Assembly (NCBI GenBank): GCA_020854825.1
Contig: JAHKLY010000006.1
Span: 10,743 to 74,742 of the forward strand
Direction of reading: 5' to 3'
DNA length: 64,000 bases
DNA from: Candidatus Micrarchaeota archaeon
GTDB taxonomy: Archaea; Micrarchaeota; Micrarchaeia; Anstonellales; JAHKLY01
Below are positions 1 to 10,709 of the stretch, one piece after another. Under the pieces are notes generated by a model that did no database searches, was not told where the DNA came from, and saw only the letters and a program-made list of their open reading frames with translations. How positions within the stretch are numbered: position 1 is the first letter of the stretch; each line of letters begins with the position of its first letter. The position numbers and the translations under genes were made by a program.

Positions 1-577
1 CTGGAATTATCCTGTCAGTTCTTGCTGGATTTGAATTATCAATTCTAATAGGACCAAACGTAAAAGTATTATATCCAGTTTTTGTAAATTGTAAATTAAA
101 ACTATCATCAGATAACCCTGTAATTACAAATTGACCAGATGCATCTGAAAGTATATTCGCCGTAGCTTGTTGAATACTTATCTCAATTAATTCAATTCGT
201 ATTACTGTCCCGTCAGAAAAAATATGTGTTCCATTAGAACCTAAAGGGACACCATATGTAACAATTCCATCTATTGGATGCTCTATTTGAAAAATTCCTA
301 ATGCTGCTCCTATCACAATCGCATTAACACTTCTAAAAGTAGAACCATCTAATAACATTATATTGTATGTTCCTACTGAAAGTGAACCCGTACTTTGATC
401 TAATATCTCATTAATATAAATATTTATCATACAAGTATCCATTAACCCTGTTGTTGATATTTGAACATCCTCTAATTCCAAATCTGTTTCTGCATCATAA
501 ACAGTCCCTGTAATACTTCCTGCACTTAATACTCCTAACATTAAGATAAACGAAAAAAGAAAAACTATATTTTTCAT
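1..577 (-). CDS. Secreted protein, partial (runs off window start), with two carboxypeptidase-regulatory-like (CarboxypepD_reg) beta-sandwich domains; start codon about 577
   Basis: Minus-strand ORF not in the track because it has no in-window stop. Begins MKNIVFLFSFILMLGVLSAGSITGTVYDAETDLELEDVQIS (signal peptide followed by a CarboxypepD_reg-like motif). A second copy is ...ANILSDASGQFVITGLSDDSFNLQFTKTGYNTF. Confidence 0.45.
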   Translation of the reverse strand, partial: MKNIVFLFSFILMLGVLSAGSITGTVYDAETDLELEDVQISTTGLMDTCMINIYINEILDQSTGSLSVGTYNIMLLDGSTFRSVNAIVIGAALGIFQIEHPIDGIVTYGVPLGSNGTHIFSDGTVIRIELIEISIQQATANILSDASGQFVITGLSDDSFNLQFTKTGYNTFTFGPIRIDNSNPARTDRIIP

Positions 578-635
578 TTGAATGTTTTGATATATATTTT
601 TAATTTTATTTTTCATATCCATTTTGCCCACCTTT

Positions 636-3600
636 TTAATCTAATAATAAATTAACCAATGTTAGTTCGCCTGCTATTACAGGTCTGTTTGTAATTCTTG
701 AAGATAAATATCCCTCTGCTGTTGCTTCAACATCATACCATCCTTCGGATAAATTATCAATCTCATAATATCCTATTGCATCAGTTAAAGTCCATTCGAC
801 TACTTCTGTTGAACCTGCTTCATAAATACTTACATTTGTATTTTCTACTGGATTTCCAAACCAATCAATTGCAAAACCCCTTATTCCTCCATATTGAGAT
901 AAATAAAAATTAATTCCACTTGTTTCTGAACCTGCTGTTACGCCAATTCCATAAACTGTTTGAGTTGTATATCCAGTTTTTGTTGCTTGTACATTATAAA
1001 CATCAGGATCAACATTTTCAATTACATAATGTCCTGTTGCATTTGTTGTTGCATTTAATTCAGGATATCCTTCAAGTTGAATAAATGCATCTTCTAATGG
1101 TGCACCACTTGTATAACTCCAAACTCTTCCAGATATATTTCCTACTCCTATTACTCTTTCAAAAGTAAATGTTGCTATTGTTTCATAACCTAAACTATCA
1201 TTTGCGTAAATAGTTATGTTATGTTCACCATATGATAAATCTGGAACTGTTACATTATATTCAATTATAAATATATTTTCAATTCCTGTTTCATCCCAAG
1301 TATAATTTGTATAATCAATTCCAGTTAAATCAGTTATATTAAATACTAAAATATCTCCTTCATTTATTACTGACCCTTCAATTGGTGAAATTAAAGTTAT
1401 TACTGGTCCTAAAACATCATAATAAATTATATATTCAATTGTTACATTATCTCCATCAATATCATATACAATAATATCTAATGTATTTTCTCCATTTTCC
1501 CATGTACAATTTAACTTGTGTACTGCTGTTAAATTTCCTTCTAAATCAATTGTTTGTAATCCTTCAATAGGACAATCATAAGTTAATGTCTGTAATCCAG
1601 TATTATCTATCATATATACAGTTACATCCTCTCCCTCAGTTATTACAGATTCTGTTTCTGGATCTACAGTTACAATTGGTAATGTGTTTTCACCAAAGAA
1701 TGTATAATCTACTTCTGTTTCTAATCCCTCATTATCTCTTGCATAAACTGTTAATATATTTACATCTGGGTTTAAGAAAATTGAATCAACTATTATATTA
1801 TATGAATCAGTAAATGAAATATGATATCCATCATTCCATGAATAATATGCATTTACGATTAGCCCATCATCTTCAATTGTAAAATTAATTAAATCTCCGT
1901 TTAAAACTCTTGAACCTTCATCAGGTGAAATTAAAGTTATTACTGGGGTTTGTTGAATAGTAAAGTCATATGTTTCATTTAGTGATATTCCTAATCCTTC
2001 AGTATCTACTGCATAAACTACTAATGTATAAATTCCTGTTGATTCAGGTATTGTAATATTATATTCATCAGTAAATGTTTGATAAGATCCATCATCCCAT
2101 TGATATACAAAATTAAAATATTCATCACTCATTTCAAAAACTAAAACTTCTCCTACAAAAACTGAATCTCCATCTTCATGTGAAATTAAGTTTATTATTG
2201 GTAATTCAGTTTTCAATACATTAAAATTTACTAATGTATTTGTTCCATATATATCTTGTGCATAAACTTGTAATACACTTCTTCCATTACTTAACAGATC
2301 CCCTGAAAAAATATAAACTGGTAATTCAATTGGATTAATATAAAATGGTAACCCTCCATTAATACTTAAGGTTGCAAAGTTTAAATCTGTATGACTTGTG
2401 ATTCTCAAAATTACATCTTCAGTTATATCTATAAGAATATTTTCGGGGTTTAATAATTCAATTACAGGGGGAGATGCTATCACATTAATTTCTATCTGCT
2501 GTATATATTCTGCAAAACTTACATTAATATGAGCAGTTCCCTCATTAATAGCTGTAATTGTAGTAAATGAACCCTCAGTATTACTAACTGTTGCAATAGA
2601 ATTATTTAAAGATTCCCAATTTACTGAAATATAAACTAAATTATCAAATGCATCATAACCTTGTGCTTGTATTAATTCTTCTTGTCCAATTATTAATGTT
2701 AAACTTTCTGTTGATAATTCAAATCTAACTGCTGGTCCTTCTGTTACATTTAATCGAGTATTTCCTTGTATAGTTATATTTTCAAAATGAAAACCATCTG
2801 GGGGTAAAGTTGTATCTCTTGGCCCACTCCCTGGTGAAGGTCTTGCCCTACCTGGAACTAATGCCCTATAAGTAAATTCTGCTGTAACTTCATGTAATCC
2901 TAAAACTGTTGCATTAACTGTTCCAGATTCATTAATTTCTCCTGCTGTTGTATTCCAAACTGGAGTTATTTCAATTGTATTATTATATTCATCATATCCT
3001 ATTGCATTGAACTCAATTGTTGTCCCTATTTGAATTGTTTCATCAGTTGGTGTGATTTCTATCCTATCTAATTTTGTGTGTCTAACTTCAATATATGAAG
3101 TTGCTTCTAAAGTAACCTCTTCATACTCATAAATTGCTTTAACATATTTATTCCCTGTATAAAACGGAATTAATAATCCATCATTAATTTCTCCTGCATT
3201 TGTTTCCCAGGTTAACCTTCCTTCAGTTTCAGGATGATAATAATTTCCAAATTCATCTTTTATTAAAACTTCATATTGAACCGAAACTCCTGCTGGCATC
3301 CAAATATTGTTTGGAGTTAATTCTAAAACTAAAGGTAATGCTCTTGTAGTTGTTAATGTTTTTTCTGCTGATATGTTTAATGTTTCATCAACAAAATGGT
3401 TTACAATAACTGTTAATACTTCTTCACATTCATATTTTGGTGAAGTTAAATTTAAGGTAATATTTTTTGTTTCACCAGATAATAATAAAATATCTTGATA
3501 TTCATTTCCTATTTCCCAATTATTTACTTCTGGAGTAATCCTAAATAATGCTTGAACACAATCTAAATCATCATTATTTGTTATTTCTGCAGTTACTTGG

Positions 3601-4484
3601 ATTTGTTCATTAGGTAATGCAATTATTATTTCTGGATATAAATTAATAGTGGGTGTAAAATGAGTACATGGATCATCTAAAATTCTTATTGTTGAATTTC
3701 CAGTTGTATTCCCATACTTTGCAAATACATACCCTTCACCTGTTTCATTTGCATAAAAAGTTCCATTTTGATAAATATAACCTACTGTTGAAGACCACTC
3801 TAATTCACCTTCTTCAAAAGAAATATAATTATTATATTCATCATAGCCAAAAACATCAAAAGTTATTGATTCTTCATATTCTAATTCCGTATAAAATGGA
3901 GTTAATATTATTGTTGCTGGTGTATTAGGAACTACTTTAAAGTTAGATAATAAATGACCAGAAGGTAAATCTGTTCTTCTTGCCCATGCATTAACTATGA
4001 AATTTCCTGCTAAATTTCCTGAAGAAATTTGAGTTCTTATTCTTACTGCTTCTCCAGGCATTAAATTATGAACTTGAGGTCTTGGAGTTTCTAATTCGTT
4101 AGATTCTACTGAGATATTAAATTCTGATGCTAAACATGAATCTGAATCTCTATTTTGAACTATAATATCAATTGATGCACTATTATATAATCCAATTTGT
4201 TCAACTAAATAATTTATAGTTATTTTTGGGGCTCTTCTTTGACATGCTTCATCTGGTCTCTCCCTAGGCGTTATAGATAAATAATCCATAGTACTTGAAG
4301 AAGGACCCGAATTTGATCTAATTATTACAGGGTTTATATTTGTTTCACTAGGAGATTTATCTTTTGTTCCTAATCCAATTAAATCCCCTGCATAAACTTC
4401 TGCTATATTTAATCCTGCTATAAATAACAGAAAGAAAATCCCTAATATTGTCACATATTTTATTAATTCATATTTATCTTTCAT
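636..4484 (-). CDS. Giant secreted surface/adhesin-like protein (1282 aa) with repeated Ig/PKD-like beta-sandwich modules and C-terminal CarboxypepD_reg-like domains; many N-glycosylation sequons
   Basis: N-terminal signal/TM MKDKYELIKYVTILGIFFLLFIAGLNIAEVYAG. Dozens of N-x-S/T sequons. Repetitive ~90-aa modules (…GIYTLVVYAVDTEG…, …NILTVYARDNEG…). C-terminal GRVWSYTSGAPLEDAFIQLEG…YNVQATKTGY and AIDWFGNPVENTNVSIYEAG…YDVEATAEGY motifs. Confidence 0.6.
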   Translation of the reverse strand: MKDKYELIKYVTILGIFFLLFIAGLNIAEVYAGDLIGLGTKDKSPSETNINPVIIRSNSGPSSSTMDYLSITPRERPDEACQRRAPKITINYLVEQIGLYNSASIDIIVQNRDSDSCLASEFNISVESNELETPRPQVHNLMPGEAVRIRTQISSGNLAGNFIVNAWARRTDLPSGHLLSNFKVVPNTPATIILTPFYTELEYEESITFDVFGYDEYNNYISFEEGELEWSSTVGYIYQNGTFYANETGEGYVFAKYGNTTGNSTIRILDDPCTHFTPTINLYPEIIIALPNEQIQVTAEITNNDDLDCVQALFRITPEVNNWEIGNEYQDILLLSGETKNITLNLTSPKYECEEVLTVIVNHFVDETLNISAEKTLTTTRALPLVLELTPNNIWMPAGVSVQYEVLIKDEFGNYYHPETEGRLTWETNAGEINDGLLIPFYTGNKYVKAIYEYEEVTLEATSYIEVRHTKLDRIEITPTDETIQIGTTIEFNAIGYDEYNNTIEITPVWNTTAGEINESGTVNATVLGLHEVTAEFTYRALVPGRARPSPGSGPRDTTLPPDGFHFENITIQGNTRLNVTEGPAVRFELSTESLTLIIGQEELIQAQGYDAFDNLVYISVNWESLNNSIATVSNTEGSFTTITAINEGTAHINVSFAEYIQQIEINVIASPPVIELLNPENILIDITEDVILRITSHTDLNFATLSINGGLPFYINPIELPVYIFSGDLLSNGRSVLQVYAQDIYGTNTLVNFNVLKTELPIINLISHEDGDSVFVGEVLVFEMSDEYFNFVYQWDDGSYQTFTDEYNITIPESTGIYTLVVYAVDTEGLGISLNETYDFTIQQTPVITLISPDEGSRVLNGDLINFTIEDDGLIVNAYYSWNDGYHISFTDSYNIIVDSIFLNPDVNILTVYARDNEGLETEVDYTFFGENTLPIVTVDPETESVITEGEDVTVYMIDNTGLQTLTYDCPIEGLQTIDLEGNLTAVHKLNCTWENGENTLDIIVYDIDGDNVTIEYIIYYDVLGPVITLISPIEGSVINEGDILVFNITDLTGIDYTNYTWDETGIENIFIIEYNVTVPDLSYGEHNITIYANDSLGYETIATFTFERVIGVGNISGRVWSYTSGAPLEDAFIQLEGYPELNATTNATGHYVIENVDPDVYNVQATKTGYTTQTVYGIGVTAGSETSGINFYLSQYGGIRGFAIDWFGNPVENTNVSIYEAGSTEVVEWTLTDAIGYYEIDNLSEGWYDVEATAEGYLSSRITNRPVIAGELTLVNLLLD

Positions 4485-4495
4485 AATATCTCACC

Positions 4496-5299
4496 TTACT
4501 CATTAATTACATCTAAACTCCAATTAACATAATCTAAACCTACTTCATTAATTTTTAATGCAAATCTTTTTGTTTCATCTCCTAAGAAAACTCTATAAAT
4601 TATCCTTGATTCTCCTTCTTGAATTTTTAAACTTGAAACTTCCGCAGTTAAAGGATCCATAATTAAAATTTCTGCTTTTCCAATCTCACTTGTGTCTGGT
4701 TTTAAATTAATATAAAAACTTTCTGTGTCTGTTATTCTAATTCTTACCGTATCCAAAGAAGAAGTTACTCCCAACTGTACAGTTTCTAAACTCCATGTTG
4801 ATTGAACTGTACGCTCTTCTTCAAAGGTTCCAATATCTGTATCTGCGATTATTCTTAAAACTGTTAAACCAGTATCTATTGGTTGGACATTCCACTTTGC
4901 AATTCCTGTAATATTATTATCTAATTCACAAACACATTGATAAAAATTAGGGGTTCTATCTCTAACTGTAAACTCAACTGAATAAACTTGAGCTGCATTT
5001 GGGTGAATAACAAATTTTGCTGAATCTGCAGTTCCAACATATAACGCACCTGGAATAGAAGTAAATAAAATATCTGGTTCCCTTGGATCAATCGGATGTA
5101 ATGGATTCTCTTTTGTTACTTCACAAGCTAAAAAAGGAAGGGAGAATATTAAAAAAGAGCCAACTACTTTAATAATTGAATTAGAAATTAATTCTTTAAT
5201 TTTATTAAACTCATTAGGAACTAAACCCCTTACGTTTGGGTTATTATGTTTTACTAACCACCCACTCATGTTATCAGCCTCCACACAACAAAAACACAA
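4496..5299 (-). CDS. Hypothetical membrane-anchored protein, one TM near the N-terminus (alternative start M11 at 5269)
   Basis: Hydrophobic segment VVGSFLIFSLPFLACEV. Directly downstream of the giant surface-protein gene on the same strand. No recognisable catalytic motifs. Confidence 0.4.
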   Translation of the reverse strand: MCFCCVEADNMSGWLVKHNNPNVRGLVPNEFNKIKELISNSIIKVVGSFLIFSLPFLACEVTKENPLHPIDPREPDILFTSIPGALYVGTADSAKFVIHPNAAQVYSVEFTVRDRTPNFYQCVCELDNNITGIAKWNVQPIDTGLTVLRIIADTDIGTFEEERTVQSTWSLETVQLGVTSSLDTVRIRITDTESFYINLKPDTSEIGKAEILIMDPLTAEVSSLKIQEGESRIIYRVFLGDETKRFALKINEVGLDYVNWSLDVINE

Positions 5300-5497
5300 T
5301 TTAATGCTTTAAAATGCATTAAATAATGTTATATTTTATATCTTAGGATGTTTATAAAGCTTGTGGTTGATAATATAAAACAAAATACTTAAAAAAAGAC
5401 AAAAAAACACCCTGCGCCCCTAGTATTACTTATTAAAAATAAATACCATCCCCCAATGGAAAGAATATATGGATGAAAAATTTTTTAAGTTTAGAAC

Positions 5498-6676
5498 TCA
5501 TATTATTGAAATATTTAATCCTACATCTGGATCTATTTTTTGCATCATTTTTAAATCTTCAGTGCCCTTTTCTTTATCCCCTAAATTTAAATAAGCCACT
5601 GCTCTATTTCCATATGCTTCTGAATAATCGGGTTTTATATTTATTGCTTGTGTATAATCTTGTATCGCTTTTTCATATTGTCTTAATTCAAAAAAAGTAT
5701 TCGCTCTTAAATACCATGCTCTGTAATAATTTGGTTCTAATTCTATTGCTTTTGTAAAATCTTCTAATGCTAATTCATATTTTCCTAATTTTTTATAAAT
5801 AAAACCTCTATTAAAATGAGCAACTGTAAATCTAGGAAAGACATTTATTGCTTTTGTATATTCTTCTATGGCCCCCTCCATATCATAATATATTTCTTCT
5901 TTTAAAATTGCTTGTGAATAATTGTCGGTGGCTATTTGGCCAGGTCGTACTTCTATTGATTTTCTGTAATCTGCTTCTGCTCCTGTTAAGTCTCCCATAA
6001 TTTTTTTAGTGTCTGCCATATACTCATATACTCTGAAGTCATTTGGATTTATCTCAACGGTTTTAATAAAATATTTAATTGCATTTTCATATTTTTTAAT
6101 ATTAAAATAAGCAACTCCTAATTTAAATAAAAAAATTGAATCTTCTTTTTTAACCTTTGAAATTTTTTCAAAATCTTCTATTGCTTCTGCGTATTTAGCC
6201 AATTCAAAATTTATATTCCCTCTAATATAATACGTTTCATTTACCTTTACAAATAAACTATTTGATAAATCCATATTTAAGAGTATATTAAAATCTTCAA
6301 GCGCTCCGATATTATCCTTATTTTCAAATTTTATCTTACCCCTAAAAAAATATGGATCAGGTAATTTTGAGTCTAAACTAATTGCTGTGTTAAAATCTGT
6401 AAGTGATTCTTCAATTTTTCTTAATTTTTGCTGTGTGATCCCCCTCATGAGATATGCTTCTGCATAATTAGGTTCATATTCAATTGCACAATTAAAATAA
6501 AATATTGCGTCGTCAAATTCATTTAAGTTTAATTTTTTAATTCCTTTATTAAAATTCTTGACTGCTTTTTTTGGTATTTTTTCATTTAAGGGTTCTGTTG
6601 CTTTCCTTGTATCAAAAACTGGCTGTTTCCGAATTCGGTTGTTATTGGGAGGAAAAAAATTTCTAAAAAAGTTCAT
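5498..6676 (-). CDS. Tetratricopeptide-repeat (TPR) protein
   Basis: Multiple TPR consensus units (…AEAYLMRGITQQKLRKIEESLTDFNTAISLD…, …YRAWYLRANTFFELRQYEKAIQDYTQAINIKPDYSEAYGNRAVAYLNLGD…). Confidence 0.7.
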   Translation of the reverse strand: MNFFRNFFPPNNNRIRKQPVFDTRKATEPLNEKIPKKAVKNFNKGIKKLNLNEFDDAIFYFNCAIEYEPNYAEAYLMRGITQQKLRKIEESLTDFNTAISLDSKLPDPYFFRGKIKFENKDNIGALEDFNILLNMDLSNSLFVKVNETYYIRGNINFELAKYAEAIEDFEKISKVKKEDSIFLFKLGVAYFNIKKYENAIKYFIKTVEINPNDFRVYEYMADTKKIMGDLTGAEADYRKSIEVRPGQIATDNYSQAILKEEIYYDMEGAIEEYTKAINVFPRFTVAHFNRGFIYKKLGKYELALEDFTKAIELEPNYYRAWYLRANTFFELRQYEKAIQDYTQAINIKPDYSEAYGNRAVAYLNLGDKEKGTEDLKMMQKIDPDVGLNISII

Positions 6677-6691
6677 GTTCTCACCTGCAAA

Positions 6692-7033
6692 CTAATCCTT
6701 AGACTTGTCTTCTTGTAGGTATAAAATTGCTTCAGCTATATCTCCATTTTTTTCTTTTAATGCTTTTTCTGCTTTTTCATGATCAACATTTGTTTGCTCC
6801 ATAACTATTTGGATATCTTCTTTACTTATTTTTTCTTCTACTTTTTCATCTCCAGATATTTGATAGGAAATTTGCCCTTGCGCAGATATCTTTGTTACAC
6901 TTGGGTTTTCAAGAATTATATTTGATTCTTCAGATTCGATTATAACTCGTTTTGCTGAAATATCTGTAGAATTAATCCCCATTTGTTGCATCATTCTTTT
7001 CATTTGTCTTGGGTCCATTCCTCCGCCTAACAT
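6692..7033 (-). CDS. nac: Nascent polypeptide-associated complex alpha subunit (NAC domain + C-terminal UBA-like)
   Basis: MLGGGMDPRQMKRMMQQMGI…VIIES… NAC domain. C-terminal …EDIQIVMEQTNVDHEKAEKALKEKNGDIAEAILYL UBA-like motif typical of archaeal NAC. Confidence 0.8.
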   Translation of the reverse strand: MLGGGMDPRQMKRMMQQMGINSTDISAKRVIIESEESNIILENPSVTKISAQGQISYQISGDEKVEEKISKEDIQIVMEQTNVDHEKAEKALKEKNGDIAEAILYLQEDKSKD

Positions 7034-7041
7034 AGATTCAC

Positions 7042-7662
7042 CTATTTTCTTTCAATTCTAATGATTGTATTTTTAATTTCTGTTTTATTTATCTGAACTT
7101 TACGTACAGGCACTACTTTCTTTAAATTTTGTTGAATTTGTTCTGCAAATTTACCAAATAAAACTGCGTGCATTAATTCATTTATGGTTAAATCCTTTAC
7201 AACTGTATGTATATGTTCATTAAATATATTCCTTAATGCTGTTTTTGGTTTTTGTGTAATTCTATTAGCTGTTATTATGACTCCTTTTATTCTTATCTTA
7301 TTTCCATCTTTTGTTTCAACATCAACTACATGATCTATAACTGACCTTCTTCTTCTTGCTAATGTTTTTATAAAAGATTGGTCAACTTCGTGCCCTATTA
7401 GTTTGGTGAATGCTGTTGTTCCTTTTATATCTACTATTCTAAAGTTAAGTTTAGTATTTATTGATGCTGCGCCTGGTTTTCCCCCTATTAAAAACAGAGG
7501 TACTTTTATAATTTTATTCAAAAGAATTTTTGGATCTGAAGCGGGAACCTCTCCAATCTCTTTATTTTCATATTCTTCTGGTGCAACAACTTTATACCAA
7601 ATCTTTGATTTCCATTTATCTACTGTTTTTTTGGTTGTTCTTTTTTTAGCCATAAATATCAC
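7042..7662 (-). CDS. rps3ae: 30S ribosomal protein S3Ae (eS1)
   Basis: MAKKRTTKKTVDKWKSKIWYKVVAPEEY… matches the S3Ae N-terminal signature. Length about 200 aa. Confidence 0.85.
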   Translation of the reverse strand: MIFMAKKRTTKKTVDKWKSKIWYKVVAPEEYENKEIGEVPASDPKILLNKIIKVPLFLIGGKPGAASINTKLNFRIVDIKGTTAFTKLIGHEVDQSFIKTLARRRRSVIDHVVDVETKDGNKIRIKGVIITANRITQKPKTALRNIFNEHIHTVVKDLTINELMHAVLFGKFAEQIQQNLKKVVPVRKVQINKTEIKNTIIRIERK

Positions 7663-7663
7663 C

Positions 7664-8116
7664 TTACTTTACAATTAATACTGCAGTTTCTGGATCATAT
7701 TTCCAATCTGCTGGCAATCTGCCATTCTTTGTATAATATCTTGCTAATCTTCTAATTTTTGATTCAACATGTATTAATTTTGTTTTATTGTGTGTATCTC
7801 TTGTGTTACTATTCAAATGTTTTCTCATTCCTACTGCTTTTTTTATCAAGGTTAAAATATCGTCTGGATATTCAACTTTAATATTATTTTCTTCAAGAAT
7901 TTTTGATACTGTCTTATTACAAACTGCTCTAACACTTGGAACATTATGCTCTTTTTTTAGAATAAGTCCTATTGTTGTTGCATTGTTACCTTCTTTTGCT
8001 AAGGTATTAATTAATTTTTCAATCTCATCTGGTTTAATAACATCGCTAGGTAATTCTTTACCTATTAATCTTCTTGAGCCAGACTTACCTCTCTTTTTTG
8101 AGTGTAATTTAGCCAT
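7664..8116 (-). CDS. rps15: 30S ribosomal protein S15 (uS15/S13e)
   Basis: MAKLHSKKRGKSGSRR… N-terminus, …LIKKAVGMRKHLNSNTRDTHNKTKLIHVESKIRRLARYY… S15 signature. Abuts the S3Ae gene. Confidence 0.85.
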   Translation of the reverse strand: MAKLHSKKRGKSGSRRLIGKELPSDVIKPDEIEKLINTLAKEGNNATTIGLILKKEHNVPSVRAVCNKTVSKILEENNIKVEYPDDILTLIKKAVGMRKHLNSNTRDTHNKTKLIHVESKIRRLARYYTKNGRLPADWKYDPETAVLIVK

Positions 8117-8243
8117 ATTTTATTCACCTTTTTTTATTTTACAGCCGGAGAATGTCTTGTCGAAACAACTACATTTCCCAAATAGCTATTGAATATTATC
8201 CATACAACTGTTTATAAAGGTTTTCTACGCGGCACTTAAATTT

Positions 8244-10616
8244 TTACTCAAATTGAATATCAAAATCTCCTTGTACTATTTCTATTGCCTTTATATTTCC
8301 AGTATTTGTTAATTCTCCCACCATCTCTCCTATTTCTTCTGGTGCATATGTTGAAATTATTATTTTTTCTATTTTATCTTTCATCGACATTTGTTTTTGC
8401 GCCCTATATTGTCTTATTTGGGATATTATTTCATTTAAAACAACAACTTTTTCTTGTGCTTTTAAGTTCCTCCATTGAGTATACGGTTCTGGCCAAGAAG
8501 AGTTAACAATAAATTTAGCTGGATCTGGATAATATATTTGATACATTTCTTCAGTTATATGTGGTATAAATGGACTTAACATTTTAATCATATTTAATAA
8601 AACATTAAACAAAGTGTATTTTGCTGCTCTCCTACTTTTTTCGTTTTCAGGATTTTCATCATATAACCTGTATTTGACATATTCTAAATAATAATCGCAA
8701 ACTTCATGCCACATAAATTCTTGTAATCCTTTTATTGCGTGATGATATTCATATTTTTCAAAATGATTTGTGGTATCAATGATTAAAGAGTGAAGTCTAT
8801 TTAATATCCATTTATCAACTACTCTCAAATTATCAAAATCTTGATCATCATAATCATAATCTTTGATATGTAATTCGATAAACTTTGCTGTATTCCATAA
8901 TTTAGTCAAAAATGATTTTCCATATTTTATATCCTTATATGAAAACGGCCTGTCCTTTGCCATTGCACCAGACAATGCTGCCCATTGTCTTAATGCATCT
9001 GCTGAATATTCTTTCAAAACTTCATCTGGTTGGATTTCATTGTTTAAACTTTTACTCATTTTTTTACCATCTGGTGCTAAAACATTTCCATTTAACAAAA
9101 TATTTTTAAATGCAATTTCACCAGTTAATCGTTTGCATCTATGTAGTGTATAATATGCCCAAGTTCTAATAATTTCAACTCCTTGAGGTCTTAAATCACA
9201 TGGATAAATTTTCTTAAAAAATTCTTTGTCTTCTTCCCATTTAGAAACTATTAATGGACTAATAGATGAGTCCACCCAGCAATCGCAAACTGAATTTTCG
9301 CCAATCATTTTTTCTCCACAATTTGGACAATTTCTATCTTCTAATCTAGGATCAACCGGCAACTCGTCTTCTTTTGGTGGAACCCAAACTCCACATTTTT
9401 CACAATACCAAAAAGGAATAGGAGTTCCTAAAATTCTTTCTCTTGAAATAACCCAATCCCATTCAACAAAGTTTGCCCAATCTGTTAAATAAGTAACAGC
9501 AAATTCTGGAAACCAATTTATTTTTGTTGCGTCTTCACTTATTTGAGCTGAAAAATCCTTTACTTTAATAAACCATTGTTTAGACCTTAATAATTCAATT
9601 GGATGTTCACATCTATCATGAACTTTTACTACTTGATCAATCTGTTCAATTTTTTCAATTTTATTTTCTGCAGTTAAATCATCAATTATTATTTTTTTTG
9701 CATCCTGAGTTTTTAATCCATCATATTTTCCCGCATTAATTAATTTTCCGTATTTATCAAATGCGTCTATAATTGGAAGTTTATATCTGTATGTCCAAAC
9801 TATATCTTGTTTGTCTCCAAAAGTACAAACCATTACAACTCCTGTTCCAAAATCTTTATCTACTTCTTTATCAGGAATTAATTTTACTTTTTTTCCTAAC
9901 GGAGTTTCAATTTCTTCATTTGTATACTTAGCATATCTTTTATCTTCTGGATGAAACAATACTGCAACACATGCATGAAGCATTTCTGGTCTTGTGGTTG
10001 CAACTATTATTATGTCTCCTTTACATTTAAATTTTAAATAATTAAAATCAGTTTTTCTATTCAAATCATTTGTTTCTGCTTTAGCTATTGCAGATCCACA
10101 TCTAGTACACCAGTGAATTGGATGTTCTGCATTATATAATTCATCGGTTTCATACATTTTTAATAAAGACAATTGAACTTTCTTATGATATTCTGGAGAT
10201 ATTGTTTTATATTCATATTTCCAATCTGGAGAATATCCCATCATTATCATCTGTAATTTCATTTTTTCAATCATTTCATTTGTCCATTCATGTGCGTGTT
10301 TCAAAAATTCTTTCCTATCTCGCATTCCATATTTTTTTTCTATTTTAACTTCTGTAGGAAATCCTTGACAATCCCACCCTTGTGGATAATATACATTAAA
10401 TCCTTTCATACGTTTATATCTAGCAATAAAATCAAAATACGAATAACTTAAAACATGTCCCATATGTAATTTTCCACTTGTGAATGGCGGAGGAGTATCT
10501 ATTGAATATATTGGCTTTTTACAATCTCTAGAAATATCAAATTTGTAAACATTATATTTTTGCCATTCTTTTTGCCATTTTTCTTCTATTTCTTTCGAAT
10601 ATCTATCATCTAACAT
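8244..10616 (-). CDS. valS: Class I aminoacyl-tRNA synthetase of the Ile/Val/Leu family, most likely valyl-tRNA synthetase
   Basis: PPPFTSGKLHMGH (HIGH-type motif), FPQGWDCQGFPTE, Zn-ribbon cysteines, KMSKSLNN motif. 790 aa fits a compact ValRS better than IleRS/LeuRS. Confidence 0.6.
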   Translation of the reverse strand: MLDDRYSKEIEEKWQKEWQKYNVYKFDISRDCKKPIYSIDTPPPFTSGKLHMGHVLSYSYFDFIARYKRMKGFNVYYPQGWDCQGFPTEVKIEKKYGMRDRKEFLKHAHEWTNEMIEKMKLQMIMMGYSPDWKYEYKTISPEYHKKVQLSLLKMYETDELYNAEHPIHWCTRCGSAIAKAETNDLNRKTDFNYLKFKCKGDIIIVATTRPEMLHACVAVLFHPEDKRYAKYTNEEIETPLGKKVKLIPDKEVDKDFGTGVVMVCTFGDKQDIVWTYRYKLPIIDAFDKYGKLINAGKYDGLKTQDAKKIIIDDLTAENKIEKIEQIDQVVKVHDRCEHPIELLRSKQWFIKVKDFSAQISEDATKINWFPEFAVTYLTDWANFVEWDWVISRERILGTPIPFWYCEKCGVWVPPKEDELPVDPRLEDRNCPNCGEKMIGENSVCDCWVDSSISPLIVSKWEEDKEFFKKIYPCDLRPQGVEIIRTWAYYTLHRCKRLTGEIAFKNILLNGNVLAPDGKKMSKSLNNEIQPDEVLKEYSADALRQWAALSGAMAKDRPFSYKDIKYGKSFLTKLWNTAKFIELHIKDYDYDDQDFDNLRVVDKWILNRLHSLIIDTTNHFEKYEYHHAIKGLQEFMWHEVCDYYLEYVKYRLYDENPENEKSRRAAKYTLFNVLLNMIKMLSPFIPHITEEMYQIYYPDPAKFIVNSSWPEPYTQWRNLKAQEKVVVLNEIISQIRQYRAQKQMSMKDKIEKIIISTYAPEEIGEMVGELTNTGNIKAIEIVQGDFDIQFE

Positions 10617-10709
10617 ATTAAATTACCTTAATTTTTAGATTTTAATTTATATATACTCATTAATAAATTTACATATATAAAGGTTTTAATTACTTTCTTA
10701 AAAGATTAC

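Noticed and set aside
698-3928. Several 60-90-aa plus-strand ORFs inside the 1282-aa surface-protein gene (and similar antisense ORFs inside valS, SMC and the r-protein operon)
   Set aside because: Short, Leu/Ile/Phe-rich low-complexity translations antisense to long, motif-supported genes. They are typical stop-free stretches opposite AT-rich coding sequence.
5300-5340. Near-palindrome aatgctttaaaatgcatt upstream of the 4496-5299 gene
   Set aside because: It is a direct ATGC…ATGC repeat around a TTTAAA TATA-like box, not a true palindrome. Most simply the promoter TATA element for the minus-strand gene.
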